Below, one piece after another: positions 55,020 through 64,000 of a stretch of DNA of 64,000 bases (the first letter of the stretch is position 1; each line of letters opens with the position of its first letter). A model generated the notes under the pieces. It ran no database searches, had not been told where the DNA came from, and worked only from the letters and a program-made list of their open reading frames with translations. This DNA comes from Octopus vulgaris (lineage: Eukaryota). The position numbers were made by a program, and so were the translations under genes. Where the stretch lies: contig OX597823.1 in NCBI GenBank assembly GCA_951406725.2, forward strand, positions 60,326,001 to 60,390,000. The letters are read 5' to 3'.

Positions 55020-57830
55020 ATCATCATCATCATTTAATGTCCCTTGTCCATGCTGGCTTGGATTGGACGGTTTGACTGGGCTGGCATGCTGGAAGGCTGC
55101 ACCAGACTCCAGTCTGATTTGGCATGGTTTTCTATGGCTGGATGCCCTTCCTAATGCCAACCACTCTGAGATTGTAATGGGTGCTTTTATACGTCATTGA
55201 CATGGGTGCCAATTTGTGTGACACCAATATCTGCCACAACTACAATTTTTCATGGTTTGATGGGTCTTCTTTTCAAGCACAACATAATGCTGAAGGTCTT
55301 GGTCATTGCCTCCATGAGGTCCAAAACTCGAGAGGAACTCAGCCACTTTGCATCCACCAGGCCCGACTTTCAAAGGATGTTCTTTTCGTGCCATGGGTGC
55401 ACTTGGCTTGGTGGGTTCTCTCAAGTACAGTACATCACCAAAGGTCTCAGTCACTGGTCATTGTCTCTGTGAGGGTCAATGTTCGAAGATCATGCTTCAC
55501 CACTTTATCCCATGTCTTCCTGGGTGTACCTCTACCACAGGTTCCCTCCACAGTTAGAGATTGGCACTTCTTTATACAGCTGTCCTCGTCCATAAGCATC
55601 ACATGACCATACCAGCACAGTCATCTCTCTTGCACAGCACATATGATTCCTCTTAAGCCTAACTTTTCTCTCAAGATGCTTACACTTTGTCAAACATTCA
55701 CACTGACATTGCACATCCAGCAAAGCATACTGGCTTCATTTCTTTCAAGCCTTTGAATATCCTCAGCTGTCATAGTCAATGTTTCACTGCCATGCAGCAT
55801 AGCTGTTTGCACACAGACATCAAACATTTTGCCTTTCACTCTGAGAGAGAGACCCTTTGTTGCCAGCAGGGCTAGGAGTTCTCTGGACTTTGCCCAGCCT
55901 AGTCTTATTCTCACAGCTGCACTCTCGGAGCATCCACCTCCACTAGGTAACAGAAACTATCTTAGGTAACGGAAACTATCTACTACCTCTAGCTTGCCCT
56001 CCTTGCAATAGATGGAGTCTATTTTCTGCGCATTTTCAGTGCACCTTTCACATGTAAAACACTAGTTTCCCTGTTAACCATCCTCTGATGTTACTGCACA
56101 TTTTATGTATCCAAAGCTTACACTGTGTGCATCTTATGGAGTTTCTACCTACACTTTTTCTGCAAATTGAGCAGGGCCATCTATCTGAAGTCTGAAGGGA
56201 CTTGTGATTTGATAGCCTTCCTACTTACTATGACTGGTTTTTGCTAGGTTAACTCTAATGTCCTTTCATTCTAGACCTTCTCTAGTTCAGGTAATGATTC
56301 ACCTATAAGAGCAAGGTCATCAGAATAGAGGAGATCCCAAGGGCAACCTATCTTGAATTCTTCTGTTATTGCCTGGAGGACTATAATGAACAAGAGGGGT
56401 CTGAGCACTGATCCTTGGTGAAACCCTACTTGTACTATGAATTCTTCACTGCACTCATTGCCAACCCTCACCTTAGTGGTAGCATCCTTGTGCAAGGCTT
56501 GTACAGTTCTCACCAACCATTTATGCATTCTTAGTTGACCACTAGAAAAGGGATTGGGGGACTCTGTCAAAAGCTTTCTCCAAGTCAACAAAAACCAAGT
56601 ACAGTGGTTTATCTTTGACTAGGTATTTCTCCTGCAGCTGCCTTACCATAAATATAGCATCAGTAGTGCTTCTACCTGGCACAAAATCAAGCTGCATCTC
56701 ATCTAGATTAACTCTCTCCCTAGCTGGTCTATGACTCTCTCCACAAATTTTATCACCTGATCCAACAAGTTGATACCTTTGTAACTGTTTCTAAGGTATC
56801 ACCTTTACCTTTGTAGCAGTTAACTACAGTGCTTTTACACCACTCATTGGGTATGACTCCTTCACAAACTACCTAATTTCCTAATTTACAATAAAAGTGA
56901 CCAGACCATAACCCACACCGCCAGATATTTTAAGCATTTCAGCAGTGATTCCTGATGGGCCAGGGGCTTTCCCTGTCTTCATATCCTTAATTGCTTTATC
57001 TACCTGGGTACTGTTGATTCAAGTAGCTGGTCCCTCAATTGGGTCACATTTGGCAAACTCTCCTCCTCCCATTTATTCTCCATGTTCAGCAGTCTTTCAT
57101 AATGGCAACTTCAAGCCTCTTTCTTTCCAGACTCTTTAAAAGCAAGTCCCCCATCATCCATGCAGGCACATTTCTCTCCTGTGACATCACAATTTTCTCT
57201 CACACAGTCTTGCAATCCAAAATACTTCAATTCTTTGGTCCTCAAGAGCATGAGCAAAATTCTTTCTGCTTCTCCATTGGCTAGATATACTTGTCTCCTG
57301 GCTTTCCTTCTAGCTATCTGATACAGTTCCCCACTGCCTCCACTCTTCCAGGCCATCCAGACCTGTTTCTTTGCTCTAATGGCCTTGTCTACAGTATTGT
57401 TCCACCATTATGTTACCAAGGTCTGGATGGGACTTTGCACCAGCCTTAGATTTGGTCTGTGGCATCAGCAAGCTGTATTACAAGAACTCCCAGTTGCCCT
57501 TTATGCCACATGTTTGTAGCTCCTCTTCCCTCTCATCAAATTTCTCAATTAGGATGTCCCTAAATCTCTGACTATATGAAGGATCCTTAAGCTTCCAAAT
57601 CCTTCTTTTCCAAATTGGTCCGCTTTTTGCCATCCTTCTGGCCTGGAGTCTAAAGTCATTAATGACTAGTCTATGCTGGGAGGGTACATTCTTCACCACA
57701 GAATGTCTTTGTATTTAAGATCAACCATGCATCCCACTGTCTGGTGAGAATGAAATTCACCTAGCTAGCAGAGTCACCTGACTGATAGGTTATCAGGTGG
57801 CGGGTTGGCTTCATGTACTTGGTGCTGCAG

Positions 57831-57832
<2 letters not shown>
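55020..57832 (-). mobile_element. Decayed RTE-clade LINE (APE C-terminus, RT, 3' tail)
   Basis: TYQSG, SQHRLV, VGFHQGSVLRPLLFIIVL, LLYSDDL, MLHGSET motifs; ends in a (CAT)n tail. Confidence 0.9.
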
Positions 57833-57875
<43 letters not shown>

Positions 57876-57982
57876 ATGTATGTATGTATGTATGTATGTA
57901 TGTATGTATGTATGTATGTATGTATGTATGTATATATGTATGTATGTATGTGTATGTGTATGTGTGCATGTGTGTATGTATG

Positions 57983-58026
<44 letters not shown>

Positions 58027-58181
58027 AAGAGCTTCCACACAGTTTCTATTATAGCTGCAGGCTGACCAATGCCACATGAGTGAATTTGGTACACAGAAAT
58101 TTTTAAAAGATTCTCATCTACACACCCATATATATATACATTTGTATACATGTACAGACAGACAGATAGATAGATAGATAA

Positions 58182-58343
<162 letters not shown>

Positions 58344-58637
58344 GGATAGATAGATGCTGTATAGCAAAAAAAAAAGATTCAAGTTAAAATCTGGTTAATA
58401 TTTTTCTTGTTTTTTTTTTGTAATGGAAAGAAATTGAAAGAAATAAAAACGTATTGTATCTAAAAGTTATTGAAGAATCTGGATTTAATCAGAACGTAAA
58501 GAATATTCATGCAATAAAAAGATAATTTGGAATGACAAAATTACAAAAATTTCCCAAAGCTAAGAGATGAAGATAAAAAAAAAACTCTAAATAGCACAGT
58601 AATAATAATAATAATGATCATGATGATCATGATGATG

Positions 58638-58676
<39 letters not shown>

Positions 58677-58694
58677 GTGATAATAATAATGATG

Positions 58695-58810
<116 letters not shown>

Positions 58811-58860
58811 GACAATGATAATATTAATACTAAAAACAGCAATTATATTGAGTTATAATA

Positions 58861-58891
<31 letters not shown>

Positions 58892-59220
58892 TAAATATTA
58901 TTGATGATGATAATGATGATCAGGATGATGGTGAATTTTAAAGCGCTGGCCCTGACAAAAATAGAAATGATCTTACTGATAAAATGCAGTTGCACTTTAA
59001 ATCGCCAGCAAAACTTCCTAAATTTATATATAAAATTTCTTGTTTCATGAAATAAAATGAAATAAAAATAAAAAATAAAGAAATTGGAAACAACAGAGAA
59101 CAAAATCAAAATAAAAAAAAATTAATAAGATTGTTTTTTAATGAAAATGATAAAATATGTTGGTGAGATTTCCTGTATGTGCATATATAAGTTTCTATGT
59201 GTGCGTGTTTGTATGTGCAA

Positions 59221-59257
<37 letters not shown>

Positions 59258-59391
59258 TATGTATACATATATATGTGTGTGTATATATATATGCATATGT
59301 GTGTATATATATATGAATGTATATATGTATATTTATGTGTGTGTGTGTATGTGTATATATATATATACACACACACACACATACACACGTA

Positions 59392-59461
59392 CCTGCTGAA
59401 GAAGACTTCGTCTAGCAGATTATTTTATTTGCTAAAAGAAGTCTGAAACCATTGGTTCAGG
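59392..59461 (+). ncRNA. Type I hammerhead ribozyme with extended helix II
   Basis: cctg-CTGAAGA-agacttc...gaagtct-GAAA-cc-att-gg-tt-cagg. All three helices pair; GUU triplet. Confidence 0.85.
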
Positions 59462-59743
59462 AGTTAGACGGTAAATGTTTTATTTTCTATTCCCTTCGAA
59501 ATTTTATCCTTAATAGTGGTTTGGAATTTAACTGTCCTCTCTAGCGTGCAAGGAGTCCTATGATGGATGCCTCTTATGTGTTTAAATGTACACTGCATTT
59601 ATATGAATAATATATAGTCTATTGACTAAATTTTTACATGCTAGGCCACTGGTAATGGAAATTTCTAATATTTCTGATTACCTTTTGATATTATTTATCT
59701 ATCTTTTGATTACCTTTTGATATTATCTATCTATCTCTCTATC

Positions 59744-59774
<31 letters not shown>

Positions 59775-60104
59775 GGCGGTGCCCCAGCATGGCCACAGCT
59801 CATTAGCTGAAACTGGATAAATCAAAATCAAAATCAAAATCATATATATACAAGATAAGAAAATGGAGAAATACATCTAAATCAAATATCAATTACCAGA
59901 TAATACTCAATCACATACTTTATTAAATCACCACATAAGAGACTGTAGGGTTAAACATAAAAAAGCAGAACAAATCAGTGTACATAAAGGGATGTACATA
60001 AAAAAGTGCACATAAATAAGTAGAATATATATAATATATATAATAATATGTATAATAAGTAGAATATATATAAAAAAGAGAATATAAATATAAGTATAGA
60101 TTAC

Positions 60105-60231
60105 ATCTTACAGCTGTTTCGGCCATGTAGATAAGTATGTCTCATTTTACCAATATTAGCCTTTTATGGTAGGTCAATATATAGATACAAATGAGACATT
60201 TACAAAAATATCATAAGGCCTCTTCAGAGAT
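60105..60231 (-). ncRNA. Type I hammerhead ribozyme with ~90-nt helix II insertion
   Basis: Minus strand reads atct-CTGAAGA-ggcc...(~92 nt)...ggcc-GAAA-cagctgt-a-agat. Confidence 0.8.
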
Positions 60232-60629
60232 ATACATAAAAATATGAGTGCATATACTCACACTCCTATACATATAAAAATATACATATACATAATGATG
60301 TAAATAAATAATATAAATTAGTAAACATATATATGTTCCACATTCAATGTTTCAGTTTTTCAACACCATTTGAGTGTGAGTGTTGCCAGTGCTGCCTGAC
60401 TGGCTCCTGAGCTGATGGCACATAAAAAGCACCCACTACACTCTCGGAGTGGTTGGTGTTAGGAAGGGAATCCAGCTGTAGAAACTCTGCCAGTTCAGCC
60501 TTCTGGCTTGCCAGCCCTCAGTCAAACCGTCTAACACATGCCAGCAAGGATATGACGATGGTGATGATGATGATGATATATATATATATAAACATACATA
60601 TATACACATATATATGTGTATATTTAGTC

Positions 60630-61030
60630 TTTTATTCTTTTACTTGTTTCAGTCATTTGACTGTGGCCACGCTGAAGCACTGCCTTTAGTTGAACTAATC
60701 AACCCCAGAACTTATGCTTTGTAAGCCTGATACTTATTCTGTCCGTCTGTTTTACCAAACCCCTGAGTTATGGAGATATAAACACACCAACATCAGTTGT
60801 CAAACGATGGTGGGGGGGGGGACAAACACAGACATGCAAATACATACATACATACATACATATATATATATAACGGGCTTCTTTCAGTTTCCATCTACTC
60901 ACTAATCCACTCACAAGGCTTTGGTTGGCCTGAAGCTATAGCAGAAGACACTTTCCCAAGGTGCCACACAGTGGGACTGAAACAGGAACTATGTGGTTGT
61001 GAGGCAAGCTTCTTAGCACACAGCCACACT
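60630..61030 (-). mobile_element. SINE family A
   Basis: Reverse-complement match. Confidence 0.85.
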
Positions 61031-61077
61031 GACTATCTATTGATCTAAATATCTTTCTCTCTCTCTCTCTCTCTCTG

Positions 61078-61169
<92 letters not shown>

Positions 61170-61386
61170 AAATTACCAATTTCTATTTAACTTCAGACGT
61201 GAGAATTAGCCTGTACATTTCAAATGCAATAATACTGATGATGACAATGATGATGAGAATGCGGATGATGATGATTATGATACATTTAAATTGCACTGCT
61301 AATAATGTAAGAGATGTGTCAAAATACTTTTCAGACATATAGGTTTAATTAAAAAAAAACACCATCTCAAATGTACAAAATACTGA

Positions 61387-61440
<54 letters not shown>

Positions 61441-61846
61441 ATACACTGATGACAGGTCAATACCCAGAAACTTGGGTCCATGTGTATCATGTCAGGCCGG
61501 AGATGGGAATGATAACTTCCCTTTGCAAATACTGATAGGGCACAGAAAGTGTGTCAATAACCAGCTAGAGGAAATATCTTCTTGGAGCTACAAGCTACTG
61601 TAGCCTCGACCCTTAAGTGTTAGCCACATTTAGGTGGCAAATATACTTCACTATATCGCCATGATAGATCGTTAGTCACTACGCACATTTTTTTTTCTCC
61701 TTGTATTTTTTCTCTGTCCCTTTCCGTAGAAGAGTGTAGGCTCAAAACGTAAAAGACTTTTTCTATTCCTGACCATTATACTAATACATCTGTTTGTTTT
61801 GTATACAACCTGTCTTCATCTTTTGTTTTTTTTCGCAAATTCTCCC

Positions 61847-61964
<118 letters not shown>

Positions 61965-62555
61965 GTGAGTTTAAACTATACTTTAAATATATATATATAG
62001 TAAATTTAAATAATAGTTGTGCATATATTTGAACCATTTTCTATTTTTAATTCTTGTAGTCATAGTTTGTAGTAGCATTATGTATATAAGTTAGCATAAA
62101 GTTTTTTTAATATATATTACTTAATTAGAATAAGATTTGACTTAGATGTTTATTAAATAAACAAATAAATAAATAATTTAATTTAATGTATATTGATTAA
62201 ATTATAATATTTTAGTTTTCACTTAATGTATATTTTGTATCTTATATATATATACATTTATTTTGGTTTAAATATTTTATTTTAATTACTTGTATTTGAA
62301 TTTTCTAGTAATGATATATTATCATTTGTTATTTTTATCTTATATAAGTTAAAATTTATTTTCATAGATATAATAAATATTTATATCTATTTATTCCAGA
62401 ATATATTTGTTAAGATATTTTGTGTTTGTATTTTATGATATATTACTGTATTTTGATCGATTTTTATTGTAAATTTACGTATTTTTATATATATTTTTTC
62501 TTACAAGTTTATATACATATATTTATTTATTTGATTATTTTATTGTTTTTATCTT

Positions 62556-62638
62556 AGACCTGAAGAGTGACTATATTTAAATTGAATTGATTTTACTGTT
62601 ATCAGTTTGAAAATATAGCCACGAAACACGTGTAGTCT
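62556..62638 (+). ncRNA. Type I hammerhead ribozyme with long helix II
   Basis: agac-CTGAAGA-gtgactatattt...aaatatagccac-GAAA-cacgtgt-a-gtct; one mismatch in helix II. Confidence 0.85.
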
Positions 62639-62903
62639 TTTTACTAATTACATACTTTTTATTTATTTTGTACTTTACTTAATTATTGGTGTATGTTTTA
62701 TCGTATACTTAATTTTTTCTATATGGTATAATTTAATTATATCATTGTTATTTCATTGTTGAATTGGTAAAATGTGATTCTTCTCTAATTTATATACATA
62801 TATTATATATTGTGAAATTTGATTTAGTATTACTAAATTGAATTTTTCCCTTATAGAATAAGTTTGGAATATATTCCCTAATATTATTATTATTATTTTT
62901 ATG

Positions 62904-62961
<58 letters not shown>

Positions 62962-63116
62962 TTCACAAGTCAGAAAATATGTACTCATATATCTATCAGC
63001 AATTTCACACTGGGTGTTAAATAATAGCACAGTTAAATAATACTGCATGCTCTTCAGAGCTGGCAGATATGGAAAACATATTGTGCCATAACAGAAATAT
63101 ATTATTGCATACTTTA

Positions 63117-63167
<51 letters not shown>

Positions 63168-64000
63168 TAGACAAACTAAAGAAAAGAGCTTTCAACACAG
63201 TAGGATTTGCGAGGGACAAAATGAATACTAGTAGCCTTAGTAAACTAATTTGAGCTCTAAAAGATAGTAACAAAGTATATTCCATTTGCTGAGAAATAAC
63301 TAGTAAGGCAAAACCTTATAGAATAAGCAATAATAGATGTGAATTTTGTGTGGAAGAAATATACCAAATTTTCACTTCTAAATTTACTCTTATGTACACA
63401 AGAGAGGGACAGGCTCAAAGATGTCCACACTTGAAAAAATATACATTTATACAATTTGAATAAACACAGCTTACCATCTATGGTTACAATTATGATTATA
63501 ATAATAAATGATATTTATACTAATAATACTACTAATAATAATAATGATATCATTTATTTGCCACTAAGGTGAAGGATGAGGAGGGCAATACAAAGGCAAA
63601 CATAATATGTGGGGGGCTTACATATAATGAAATGATAGGGGTAAAATGTAAGTATACAAGGTATACAATGAAAAGGAAGGGACATACACATAGTATACAA
63701 AGGTTAAAAAAAATAATACCAATAATAATATTAATTGAGGGTATAAACCAAAAATAAGAAAAAATACCTCTGAATAAATAATGTACTCCATACAACAACA
63801 TGTAAGCAAAACTGCTAAAATTAATTGAAATCTGAATAAACATTTTTAAAAGTACACTTCAACTGTAATAACAGTAGATGTGATTATAAGACCAGAATTC
63901 CATCAAATATAAATGGTAACACTATTACCTTCAGCTGAATACCAATGCAGCACACTTGTTTGAATCAGTTCACTTTGAAATCATTGTGAGTGGTAGACCC

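Noticed and set aside
61441-61487. CTGATGA...GAAAC...GTC hammerhead-like motif
   Set aside because: Helix I and helix II pair poorly; at best a decayed copy, so not called as a feature.

Overview
AT-rich, repeat-saturated eukaryotic DNA. The SINE families, the microsatellite load and the LINE types suggest an octopus (coleoid cephalopod) genome; this is an inference from recalled repeat sequences, not a database match. No intact cellular gene is recognisable, and nearly all ORF-track entries are microsatellite artefacts. The window contains three to four tRNA-derived SINE families and degenerate or truncated retroelements: a Penelope-like RT+GIY-YIG element, RTE, CR1-like, CRE-like and R4/Dong-like elements, the last sitting in (TAA)n. 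It also contains a Tc1 copy with TIRs and hAT and piggyBac-like MITEs. The most striking signal is a dense set of type I hammerhead ribozyme motifs (CUGANGA...GAAA, short mostly palindromic helix III). About 6 are intact-looking and about 7 are decayed or variant. They lie in short AT-rich, probably Penelope-derived inserts, mostly within (TA)n/(CA)n microsatellites. Several have very long helix II insertions, and two form a head-to-head pair inside a ~360-bp palindrome. Unique islands hold weak candidate micro-exons and alternative terminal exons of an unidentified + strand host gene.
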